Positions 1 to 10,401 of a stretch of 32,000 nucleotides of DNA are shown here, piece after piece. The position numbers and the translations under genes are program-made. The notes under the pieces are model-generated. The model was not told where the DNA came from, made no database searches, and saw only the letters and a program-made list of their open reading frames with translations. This DNA is from Bigelowiella natans nucleomorph (taxonomy: Eukaryota > Protista > Cercozoa), in contig DQ158857.1 in the NCBI GenBank assembly GCA_000002455.1, positions 90,001 through 122,000 of the forward strand, written 5' to 3'. The first letter of the stretch is position 1, and each line of letters starts with the position of its first letter.

Positions 1-756
1 AAAAAAACTTGAAATGATTTTAGGATTTTTTCTATCGGATATTATCTTCATTATAGTATTCTCATGACCACGCATTGAATTCACTTCTTTATTAGATCTT
101 GTATCCCAAACCTTAATAACACAATCTCTTCCTCCACTGAATAATATTTTCAATGGGTTAAACAAATTTATCGTATAAACACCAGATTTATGGCCATAGT
201 ATTGGTTAATTACACGATTTTGTTTAAGGTCCCAACATTTGATTGTTTTATCTAGACTTGCAGAATATAATAAATCTTGATCTTGATCTACTAATATATC
301 AGTAATTTGATCAATATGACCAGGTAATGTAGATAAAAGCCTACCTTTAGGAAAATTCCAAATTTTTATTGTCCTATCTGAGGATCCAGTAAAAAATAAA
401 GAATTAGAATAATTAAAATCTATTGATCTAACCCATCTATAAATAATACCGGTACCCTAAATGAGCAAAAATAGTATTATATATCTTCCATTTGAATCTA
501 ATTGCCATTTCTTTTTTTTGCGTTTTATCATGATACTGTTTTCTAATAACATTGCTTAATCTATATTCAAAGTAATTACATTTTTCTTTTTATATCATTA
601 TTGGAAGTACATTTATTTTTTTTTATTGACAATATTTTTTCGATTATACTTTCTATTTTTATAAATTAAACGTCTTGAATTTTTTTCCATGATAAACTTA
701 TTTTCATTAATGATTTTTTGGTGTATTACAAATTTGTTATTTTTATGATTACCCAT
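1..756 (-). CDS. prl1: PRL1/PLRG1/Prp46 WD40 splicing factor (3' end runs off the window; start approximate)
   Basis: Manual translation gives WKIYNTIFAHLG|WVRSIDFNYSNSLFFTGSSDRTIKIWNFPKGRLLSTLPGH...DKTIKCWDLKQNRVINQYYGHKSGVY...GGRDCVIKVWDTR, matching PLRG1 WKLYRVISGHLGWVR...CWDLEYNKVIRHYHGH. A 19-nt intron lies at 437-455. Confidence 0.9.
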
Positions 757-799
757 TATCCTTTATAATAAAAATTATAACAATTGTTTTTTTATAAGA

Positions 800-1336
800 A
801 TGAAAGGTCTATATAAAAAAAGAATACAACACCTTCTTTTTACAAAAAGAATTAAAAATTTCAAAAAGAATTTACAAAAAAGTCAAAATAAAAAGATCAA
901 AATAAATTACTTTAGAAACTTTATTAATAATTTAAAAATATTTAATAATAAAAAGAAGAATGATTCATCAATAAAGGACAAAAATAATATTAAAAATATT
1001 ACTCCTAGTAAAATAGTTTTTATAGAGAAGGAATTTGCTTTATATATTTCAAAGTTATTCTTATCAAATAAAATATACAAATCAATGACTAAAGTATGTT
1101 CATAAAGCATTAGATCCGTTGCTATAATTTTTGTTTCTCTCTAGGATATAATAGAATTGATAACACTAAATTCTTTAAATGGATGAAAAGTCGTCAAAAA
1201 ATTTCAAAATCTATACTTGTAAAATTTATAAAATTAGATTCACAACCTTCTCTATAAAATACATAGCCTTAAATTTTATGAGACAGAATATAAAGAACTA
1301 AAAAGTAAGAAAACTATAGATAGAACACGAAAATGA
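800..1336 (+). CDS. Possible Bud31/G10-like splicing factor, divergent and lacking the C-terminal Cys cluster
   Basis: Splicing 1094-1113 (20 nt) and 1219-1237 (19 nt) gives ...LYISKLFL...RCYNFCFSLGYNRIDNTKFFKWMK..., resembling G10 RYIFDLFY...[21 protein letters not shown]. TGA at 1334-1336. Confidence 0.45.
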
Positions 1337-1394
1337 ATAAAACAACATGATAAATACCTTTTAATTAGCCAGTTATATTGTTATCTTACAATTC

Positions 1395-3348
1395 ATGGAT
1401 TCCTTAAAAAGTTTATGCCACTCATTAACTATACAAGATTTAGATATTAAGCTTCAAATTTATAAACAAATAAAAAACAACATCAAGCACTATAATTTTT
1501 TTAATGTCATAAAAAATTCTATCAATAAACTTCCACTAACTCTAGCTATAGTTAGAATGGTATTAAATAAAAAATAGCCTTTGATTATTGAATTAAATTT
1601 AGATAGGATAAGAATTTTTAATGATAAAATATTTTATTTTTTGATTAATAAACCTTTAAAATTACTATCAATACTAGAAACAACAATAAGTGAAGTAATA
1701 TTTAATAAATTTAACTTACTGACTAATAATGTTAAAGTTTAACTATCAATACTAGCTAATTTTTGTTTCAGTTTTGAAACCCGAGATACCTTATGTCCTA
1801 AATCATCTTCTAATTGACAAACTTATCATAACTAACATCCAAGTCTCTCAATTAGAATTACTTTGTTTGGCCGGTATGCAAGAAAAGTATAATGAAAATC
1901 AAAAACTCAGAAGTTCTTTAAAAATAAATAGTTAATCAAAAAAATTTAATATCTCAAAAAAAAATTCAACTTAGTTTAGTTTATTTTAGTAAAATCCAAG
2001 CTTGGTTGCTTGATAAAAAAAGCAGAAAAATTCAACCTATTAATATATATTTTCATGAAGATTTAATATCCAATATAAAAATATGGGATACTGTAATGGT
2101 TGTAGGAATATTAAAAACATTAGCCTCCAGCAATAATTTTATAGTTTCTAACACAAGTATTTACTATGAATACATTATTATAGGATTAGGATATAAAAAA
2201 TTCAATTATTTATTCGACATCAAACTTGAGTATACATTTATTAAATAGGTCAAAAAAACAATTGAATATTTTTTCTAAATTTTTTAGTTTAGCCTCAACT
2301 CCTTATTTATATTACATAATTATTAACCATATAATACCAAATATTGGAGGTATAATAAATATAAAAAAATGTATCCTATGTATGATTCTAAGCTCTTCTT
2401 CTAAAAACCGTATTAAAAAAAATTTTAGGTCTAATACAAAATAGTAATGTAAATGCGTTATTCTACAGCGATAACCTTGGATTTAAAAAACATATTTTCA
2501 AGATATTAAGTTACTATAATCAAGAAATGATCGAATTCAATAGTTCCTACCATATTCATGATTACAAATTAAGTACAATAGATAAAAAATCAACCTTAAG
2601 ACAAAATTATTCCAACAAATTTTTTCTCTTATATTCCAATGCTTTTGTACTGATAGATAGATTTGAAAACATGGATTTTAATACAAAAGCATTACTAGAG
2701 GAAATTATGACATACGGTAAGATTTCAATAAATTATAATACTAAAATATATTTCTTTTCATGTACACCTAGAATTTTTTCTTGGTATAACATAAAAGCTA
2801 ATAAGTAGCAATAAATATAACTAGATTCAATAAATTTGATCTTGTAAAAAATATGATGGAAAATTTTTACTTAAACAATAAATTTGATCTATTATTTAAA
2901 AATTACATTCACAATTCTAGACTTTCAAATCTATTTAGTACAATAACTGATAAGTATTCTTTTAGTCTTCAAACAGTAATATTTTATAAACAGTTTTCTT
3001 TTCCTAAGATTTTATTAAGAAAATATTTATTATTTACTAGATCTTACGTAGAACCTATAATTACCAAAGATAAACTCAATTACTTAATTTATTACTATTT
3101 AAATCTTAGACTATTAAACAAAAAAATTAAAGTTTAAATCAGTTAATTAGAATTTATTACCATCTATTCATTTTCTTATTTCTATTATAAAAATATCTAT
3201 TTGTGTGGCCAAAATTAATTGTAATCTCACAGTTAGTTTTTCTCATTTAAAAGAAGCCATAAAAATAACAAATTCATCTCTGTTATATAACAAATATTAT
3301 TTCTTTATAGAAAAAAGTAATTATCTAAAAAAAAGAACAAAATTATAA
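1395..3348 (+). CDS. Highly divergent MCM2-7 family protein (multi-intron; may extend to about 3378 if 3317-3335 is an intron)
   Basis: Collinear MCM-like segments: LINKPLKLLSILE, IYFHEDLISNIKIWDTVMVVGI, IIPNIGGIINIKKCILCMI, VLIDRFENMD..LLEEIM..GKISI, NKFDLLF, LLRKYLLFTRSYVEP, LKEAIKI. Introns include 1560-1577, 2230-2248, 2410-2428 and 3132-3150. Confidence 0.8.
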
Positions 3349-3440
3349 TAAAATTATAACAACCAACATCAATAACTAAAAATAAGGTAGTATCTAATGT
3401 TTAAAAAATTAATTAAAAATTAAATATTACATTTTAAATA

Positions 3441-5897
3441 ATGAAATTATCTGTAAATAACCTATATGAAAAAAACAACGAAAATACTTCTAATAAAGAA
3501 TACCATATTTATACAAACAACTACTCAAAAGAAGAATCAAATGATAACAAAAGGCTAGAAGATTTCTCATTACAATATTTACAAGACTTTTTTAAGGAGA
3601 AAAGTAGAATGGATGATCAAATTGACTTATATCTTAGATCTAAAAACATAATATTAGATCAATCCAGAAAGCCAACTGAAAATATGATTAATAAATTAAC
3701 TAGACGAACTTTTTCATTTTTTCAAAAAAAAAGTCCCTTACATGATCTATCAAATAGTTATTTTTACTGTAATTCTATCAAAATTTTTGGTACAACATCA
3801 AATGATAAAATATTAGATCATGAATCTCTAAAAAACTTTTTATCTCTTCAAACTAAAACCATTTGTAATAAAAAACAACTTTTTAATGATATTAATATGT
3901 TACAACAATTAAAATTGTTCAAATCTGTGAAATTTTTCATTATAAATAAAAACCAAGGATCCTACGATATTATTATTAATCTTCAAAAAGAAAAAATTGG
4001 CAAAATCCAAAAACTATCTTTTGTTAATTGTAATATTTTGCCAAACTCATTAAAAAGTTCTATAATAGAACATTTTATCGGGAAAGATAACGATGTTATC
4101 AATGTCAGCTTAATAAAAAAAATAGTAGATAACTGGTACCATGATTGGGATTATCTAGGTTCCACGGTACATGGAATAGTAGGCATTAAAGACAATAATT
4201 TAAAAATCGTGGTTAGAGAAGCCTACTTGAATTCTTTGAACGTTGGGTTTGTATCAGAATACGATGAAGATGATGAAGAATATGAAAAAAATTTTCAAAT
4301 TAAACGCTTCTATGAAAATTTATTGGATCCTTTCGTCAAAATTTTTCATTCTCTCTTTAATATAAAAATTGGACAGCCTTTTAACAGATCAATCAAATCA
4401 GAGATTCTAAAATATATCAATAATTTAGAAATTATTAACTCTTTCTCTTACTACGAACAGCATATGCCTACTTCTGATGATTATAGATATTTTCCATTTT
4501 TATTTGATAATAATGAAAACATGTTTATCGATGTTTTTTATGAATTAGGCATGTGTACATTATCCTCAATGTTTGTCAGACTAACATTAGGCTTCAGCCG
4601 ATTAAATAACGAAATGAAAGGCATGTCTCCAGAGTATTACTTTGAGAGCGATTGGGAACTAATTTCAATTAAAAAAAAAATTCAAGTATTTAATCTATAC
4701 TACAACAAAAACGCTAGTATTTATAGCGATATGTATGATGAAATCGAAATGCTTTGTGAATTATTTATGCCATACTTCAACTACAGTGACGATATTCACA
4801 ACTTGTTGAATTTCCGTTTAATACTATTTATTGAAGATGGATTATTATCTTTAAGTGACTTACATGACAATCATAGTATTGATAACGATAATGATACAGA
4901 CCTTTTACTAAATTTTTGGGAATTTGAAAAAGATGAAATATTATATTCAAAACAAAAAACTATTAGCCCACTAGCTAAAAATAATTATCATTACGACGAG
5001 ATAGAAAGAAATAAATACACACAAAACTTTGAAGAATTTCAGGTAATGTGTGATGATCAGTCTGACCCTGACGAGGATGATGGTGATGATGATATTTATT
5101 ATGATTACGATGAAGATCCTTTCGAAACCTATAGACTTGGTATTAAAATGATGTTCGAAGAAGAAGTATCTGATACAGCTTTCGTGGCACTGAATTATTT
5201 ATTAAATTATACAATAATAGAAGATGACTATGAAAGTTATCTTGATAATACTGAAAACGTCTATAATAATATCAACACCATAAACGATACCCCACCTTTA
5301 TTATATAATAATCAAAATATTGATCCTAAATTAGCAATGCAGTTTCTTTTTAATTATAATGATTTACAAATAAAATCGTGGAAAATTAGTGGCTTCAAAA
5401 GTTCTTATTTTTTTGAAACCGGCTTATCTCTTAATGGTTTACAACAAAAAATGTTGTTTGAATTAACAAACTACTCAACATTGTATCAGAAGAAAATAGG
5501 AGCACTTAACGGTATTACTTTAATTCTTCATAATAAATTTGGTTATAACATAGGACAGCTGCCATTTTATGAAGCTTTTATATTAGGGGGTTCTAAGTCA
5601 ACCAGAGGATATTCTGATGGAGAAATAGGTATGGCTAAGAATATGTTACAAATGTCCATAGAGATCCGATTATCAATAAATTCTTACGTAGACAAATTAT
5701 TTAATTTTTTTGATTATTCAAGTGATTTGGATTCATCTAAAAATCTAATATACAATCCAGGGGATTACAAACTTTTTAGTGGCCAAGGATCAAGTTTTGG
5801 AATAGGCTTCTTTATTGGTTCAGGTAGAATAGAATACGGAATTAATACTTTGAAGAATACGCCATTTTTAAATCTTGAATATGGTGAGAAATATTAA
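3441..5897 (+). CDS. toc75: Toc75/Omp85-family plastid outer-membrane beta-barrel translocon
   Basis: Uninterrupted 818-aa ORF. POTRA-like [14 protein letters not shown], then C-terminal [33 protein letters not shown] and terminal EYGEKY, as in Toc75/OEP80. Confidence 0.88.
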   Translation: MKLSVNNLYEKNNENTSNKEYHIYTNNYSKEESNDNKRLEDFSLQYLQDFFKEKSRMDDQIDLYLRSKNIILDQSRKPTENMINKLTRRTFSFFQKKSPLHDLSNSYFYCNSIKIFGTTSNDKILDHESLKNFLSLQTKTICNKKQLFNDINMLQQLKLFKSVKFFIINKNQGSYDIIINLQKEKIGKIQKLSFVNCNILPNSLKSSIIEHFIGKDNDVINVSLIKKIVDNWYHDWDYLGSTVHGIVGIKDNNLKIVVREAYLNSLNVGFVSEYDEDDEEYEKNFQIKRFYENLLDPFVKIFHSLFNIKIGQPFNRSIKSEILKYINNLEIINSFSYYEQHMPTSDDYRYFPFLFDNNENMFIDVFYELGMCTLSSMFVRLTLGFSRLNNEMKGMSPEYYFESDWELISIKKKIQVFNLYYNKNASIYSDMYDEIEMLCELFMPYFNYSDDIHNLLNFRLILFIEDGLLSLSDLHDNHSIDNDNDTDLLLNFWEFEKDEILYSKQKTISPLAKNNYHYDEIERNKYTQNFEEFQVMCDDQSDPDEDDGDDDIYYDYDEDPFETYRLGIKMMFEEEVSDTAFVALNYLLNYTIIEDDYESYLDNTENVYNNINTINDTPPLLYNNQNIDPKLAMQFLFNYNDLQIKSWKISGFKSSYFFETGLSLNGLQQKMLFELTNYSTLYQKKIGALNGITLILHNKFGYNIGQLPFYEAFILGGSKSTRGYSDGEIGMAKNMLQMSIEIRLSINSYVDKLFNFFDYSSDLDSSKNLIYNPGDYKLFSGQGSSFGIGFFIGSGRIEYGINTLKNTPFLNLEYGEKY

Positions 5898-6081
5898 ATA
5901 ATAGCATATTTTGTTTTTCGATAATATTTTATTAATTTATACATTTTCTTTCTATATCTAGCTCTTCCTGAGTTTTTTACTTTTTTATCACTTTTTGCGA
6001 TAAATTTTGTCTGATTTCTTACTTTTCCTGCTCTTGTTAACGAACCATGAACTTTACCTATTTGTTACAAAAAAAACCCAT
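5894..6081 (-). CDS. rps30: 40S ribosomal protein S30 (eS30)
   Basis: After a 20-nt intron (6058-6077): [41 protein letters not shown]...*. Missed by the ORF track. Confidence 0.95.
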
Positions 6082-6144
6082 TATTAGACAAAATGTGTAG
6101 CGATTAATATTTTAAAAATAGGATTATTTTATAACAATAGTAAA

Positions 6145-7172
6145 TTAAAAAAATTTAGAATACATAGAAATTTGGAATTCTCCAAAAAACATTTCATTGG
6201 GATTTAAAAACAGTCTACGTGTAATATTTCCCACACCTACTAATTTATTTTCATTTTTATCAGTCTCAATTACAAAATCAGTAAAACCTTTTTTAACATG
6301 AATATCTAATAATAAACCATTATCGACGTTAAAAAATAGTTTTGTTTTGTATCCATTCATATAAATTCTCTTAAATTTTTTATCTATAGTTTTTATTGGA
6401 ACTTTTTGTATCTAAAAATAGAGAAGAATCCACTTGAAACTTGTTGACTGATAAAAATTCTCTTTCTGAATAATAATTTAATCCTTGTAAACCATATAAC
6501 CGTGTAGTCTCATTAGATAACATATTATAAGATTTTAAATCTAGAATTACTATCGATTTGAAGAATAAACGATAGTCACCTTTTTTTTTATAATAAACTT
6601 TTATTAATTATCAGTGACTTACAGGTAATTTGAGAAAACTTAAATGATTTACTATTTTTGATTATATTTAAGGTTTCAAGGACAAGAATTTCAATCTAAT
6701 AAAATTAAATTTTACAATTTTATACGATACTAAAAAATTTTTTGATGGAGTATTTTCAATCAAGACTAACCTATAGAAGTCCGACAAATTTTGGTTTGCT
6801 TTTGAGTAAGTCTAAATTAAATTTGTATACCTTTCCTACTAGCGACCACTTATTTATTTTATTGTTTTTAAAATCTAAAATATTTGAATAATTTTTTAGA
6901 GGAAAGAAATTTCTCAACTTTAATCTAATGGGTATTATTTTTACTCTTCTGTTTTGTAATATTTATTATCTTTCATTGATTCTATATCTATCTTTAACGA
7001 TTCATCGTTAAAATAAAACACCATTTTTTTATCACTTTTAATTGGTAATGTTAGAATTTTTTCACAAGTATTTACATATTTATTATAATATTTTTTGTTA
7101 GATAAAAATAAATTTTGATAAAAAAATTTTCTTTTTATTAGTTACATACTTCTGAAACACCTTGTCTATCAT
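6145..7172 (-). CDS. Hypothetical multi-intron protein (exon structure only partly resolved)
   Basis: ATG at 7172. Several 19-20 nt GT..AG segments (gtatgtaactaataaaaag, gtatacaaatttaatttag) restore long open frames ending in ORF 6145-6360. No family recognised. Confidence 0.55.
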
Positions 7173-7207
7173 TTAATTATTTAAATGTTTTATATATACA
7201 ACATAAT

Positions 7208-8549
7208 TTAGAAGAATGCATTGAATTTTAAAAATTTTTTATTATTGCAATATTTTCTTAAGCAATGAGGAATTTTAACACCTTCTTTAACTTGAAAATT
7301 CTCCACAAGCGCACACATTAACCTTTCAGTAGCGGCAAGTGTACTATTAAAAGTACACATGTCACAATCAAAAGAATTTTGTGTTTTTATCTTGGATTTA
7401 AGACTATTTGACTATTATTTAGCGGATTACTTGCATGTTTAAACAATTTGTACAGGATACTACTTCCCGATAGGTTTTCGATCCTGGAAACCATGCTTCA
7501 ATATCATATTTTATAAAAGAAAAAGAATTCAATTCTGAAGAATTCATCTCAACTATCTGGTAGGGTAGTCTAATTTGTTGATAAAATTTTTCAGATCTTT
7601 CTAGTAAAAGCTGAAATTCTTTATTTTTTAAGAAATATCTGCTATAAGAAATGATGAATTGTTCAATTTTCTCAAATTGATGCACCCTATTTTTGCTTTT
7701 GTAACCTAAAAAGACCTCCAGAATCAATACCATGACTCCCAGCTTCCTTTCTAAAACAAGTCGAATAACAACAAAGTTTGAGCGGAAGATCACTAATTTT
7801 ATAAGTATTATTATACATTTGAGAACAAATCGCTTGCTCTGCTGTTGCAATTAAGTAAAAAGTATTTTTAGCAATTGGTATCTTATATAATTGATTCTTA
7901 AAATCCAGTATTTGTACGCATTTTTTCATTATTTGCTATTATACACAATCCTACTTTTCTAAGGAATAAAGGGGCCCAAAGTTTAACATGTTGTTGCGTT
8001 TCTAAATACTCCAGACCAAACTTAACTAATGCTAAATTTAAATCCAATCCAAAGCCCTTGAGAAAATATCCCCTATTTCCTGCTGCTTTTAAACCGTTAT
8101 TTAAATCTACTATATCTAATTTCCTCATTATTTCTACATGTGAATACCTATAAAAAGGTTGTCTCTTAAATTTCTTTATAATTAGGCTATTTTTCTATTT
8201 TAAATAGCTATACATTATCACATTTGAAAGGCACAAAATAAGATACTCTTTCATATCTTTCCATTTTTACTTCGTTTAAAGTTGACTTTAAATCAAAGCC
8301 AACTGATATGAATTGATACATATTACTTATGGTTTTCCTACCGCTGATTTGAAAAATTTTTTTGCATATATTTCGTTGTACTTTTTGATCTGTTTAACTT
8401 TTTCTTTACAGTATTTGCTTATCAATTTATTTTCTACTGAGTATAAAGCTTTTTCAAATTTAACTGTTTTTATTTTATAAGTTTCAATCAATCGTAAAAT
8501 ATTTACTATTGAAAATAGTCTAACTTTGTGTTTTGAGCAATGTAAACAT
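7208..8549 (-). CDS. Seryl-tRNA synthetase, eukaryotic cytosolic type (start approximate)
   Basis: AGNRGYFLKG, YLIATAEQAI, YSTCFRKEAGSHGIDSGGLFR|VHQFEKIEQF, KYDIEAWFPGSKTYREVVSCTNC and NSTLAATERLMCALVENFQ, spread over exons joined by short introns. Confidence 0.95.
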
Positions 8550-8566
8550 TTAATAGATATTATTAA

Positions 8567-9442
8567 TTAATCTTTATTAAAAGGGATAATTATTGGTCCA
8601 AAAAGTTTAATATGGTTTAAAAATTTAAATAGTCCATCAATCTTAAAACGAGTTATTAAATTTCTCCAGCATATATTGAACTGCAGATAGAATATTTTAA
8701 TCTGTAAAGAGATAGCTATAGTGTTTAGTTTACTAATATTTTTTTTATTAATCCCGTAAAAATTCTTTATTCTAATTTTTCTATCCTATTATGAAGTTTA
8801 TTACGAAATAAATGAATACAACGTCTATACTCGAAGTAGAATATGAAAATCGTTCAATAATAATTACTTTAATATTTCTCAGTAAATAATCAGTACTCAT
8901 TATAGTAGTCATAGAATGAACAAATTCTTTGGATATAAATAAATACACTTGCCTGTCTAGATAAGATCCTCTTAGTGACAAATGATTAAAACATATTGAA
9001 AAATTAATTTTTTTCAAAAATCGAAATTCATAAAATTTTGACATAATTTTTAAAGAAAGAAAAAATTTAGTTATTTTGAACCTTTCCTTTTACTTTGAAT
9101 AAGACCAATAATAATTTTTTCTTATGAATACTTTCCTTTTTACAGATTTTTTTTATTCTAAAAATTATATCAAAAGCATTATCAGACATATTTTGAATAT
9201 GGGAGAGTAATATGAATCCTGGATTATTGTAAATTGGTTTCAAAAGAGTGAGTTTTCTTATATTATAGTAATTAATTTTACGCATTTTTTTATCTGAATC
9301 AACACACCTAAGTGATATCAATAAACATTAAATAACTTTTAGATATTTCAAGTCTAATTTTATTTTTATTTAATAAGAAATCGTTGTTACATTTATAATA
9401 CATGAAACTAGTTTTTGCTTTTATGTAAGACTTACTTGCCAT
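8567..9442 (-). CDS. Hypothetical multi-exon protein
   Basis: ORFs 9067-9321 and 8781-9044 plus a terminal exon ending at the TAA at 8567-8569 and an ATG at 9442. Only a weak AAA+-like look (PGFILLSHIQNMSDNAF). Confidence 0.5.
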
Positions 9443-9461
9443 ATGCAATTATAAATTAATT

Positions 9462-10172
9462 ATGTGCTCCATTGTTACTTTGAAAAATGAAGAGTTTAGA
9501 AAAGTACTATCTGTTAAAAAATAACTACTATGAAATGCTTTATCGAAGAGGTTACTATGTTGAAAAAGTATTACAAGTAATTCTAGAAAGTTTTAAATCT
9601 AAATTATTCTCAATTTAAAAAAAAATGTATTGAAAAGAAAAGGTATTTCAAATCATTTAAAATCATAAATCATTTGAATGATACAAATAACAAAGTATAA
9701 AACTATTCACAAGATAATAGGATTTTATAATAATAAAGGTTTGATTGATGTTAACTATCTTGGAGTATTCATATAATTTATTAGTTAAAAATAGAAAAAG
9801 CAAAAACAAATAATTCAAACAGCATAATTTTTATTACTAAACGATACTTAAGCAAACAAACCAATATCGCACTAAGTCATTTTAGGAGAAATTTCAACAT
9901 AGAAATTTTTTTCGAGTATGAAATTTTAATTAACCCTATTAAACATTTCCTAGTCCCCAAACATGTCTTATTAGCGCCAGATATTAAAAGAAAAATTTTA
10001 AAAAGTTATAACGTAAAAGATTCACAGTTACCTAAAATTAAGGTATTAATTTATGATATAGTTATCAGATCCAATCTCCAAATATTATGGAGCTAAAAAA
10101 GGGAATATGTTTAAAATTATTAGATTTTCAGAAAATATAGGAGTATATTTGAGCTATAGAATAATAAACTGA
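9462..10172 (+). CDS. rpb5: RNA polymerase I/II/III common subunit RPB5
   Basis: EMLYRRGYYV near the N-terminus and C-terminal EILINPIKHFLVPKHVLL...QLPKIK|LSDPISKYYGAKKGNMFKIIRFSE..LSYRII. 19-nt introns at 9474-9492 and 10043-10061, plus others. Confidence 0.93.
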
Positions 10173-10173
10173 A

Positions 10174-10252
10174 TCCGTCGAGCTGGATTCGAACCAACAA
10201 CCAAAAGATTTTTCAATTACAGTCTTACGCTCTACCATTGAGCTATCGACGG
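10174..10252 (-). tRNA. trnY-GUA: tRNA-Tyr(GUA) with a 7-nt intron at 37/38
   Basis: CCGUCGA UA GCUCAAUGGUAGAGC G UAAGA CU GUA A [UUGAAAA] A UCUUU UGGUU GUUGG UUCGAAU CCAGC UCGACGG A. Intron at 10210-10216. Confidence 0.93.
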
Positions 10253-10256
10253 GCAA

Positions 10257-10342
10257 TTCTAATCAGTCCCCTTAACCACTCAGGCATGGTCGCCATTTCG
10301 CGACCAACAGGATTCGAACCTATGCGAGTAAACTCAACTGAT
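10257..10342 (-). tRNA. trnS-AGA: Circularly permuted tRNA-Ser(AGA): 3' half (10342-10299), then a 5-nt spacer, then the 5' half (10293-10257)
   Basis: 3' half: A UCAGU UGAGUUUACUCGC AUAGG UUCGAAU CCUGU UGGUCGC G. Spacer: AAAUG. 5' half: GCGACCA UG CCUGAGUGGUUAAGG GG ACUGA UU AGA A. Perfect acceptor (GCGACCA/UGGUCGC) and anticodon (ACUGA/UCAGU) stems, long variable arm, G73. Confidence 0.93.
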
Positions 10343-10401
10343 AATTAATATTTAATAATTTTCTGCATGCAAATTATTTTAATCATTAATAGTATAATTA
10401 T

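Noticed and set aside
907-1110. Hydrophobic minus-strand ORF (also 16467-16772, 24541-24753, 24803-25024 and 26636-26872)
   Set aside because: The F/L/I richness comes from reading A-rich sense genes backwards, and each overlaps a better-supported gene.
10287-10306. Inverted repeat TGGTCGC-N6-GCGACCA as a terminator or mobile-element end
   Set aside because: It is the acceptor stem of the permuted tRNA-Ser closed by the spacer.
10364-10374. TGCATGCA palindrome and ATGCAAAT octamer upstream of the permuted tRNA
   Set aside because: Single occurrence, not seen upstream of tRNA-His or U2, so it cannot be distinguished from chance.
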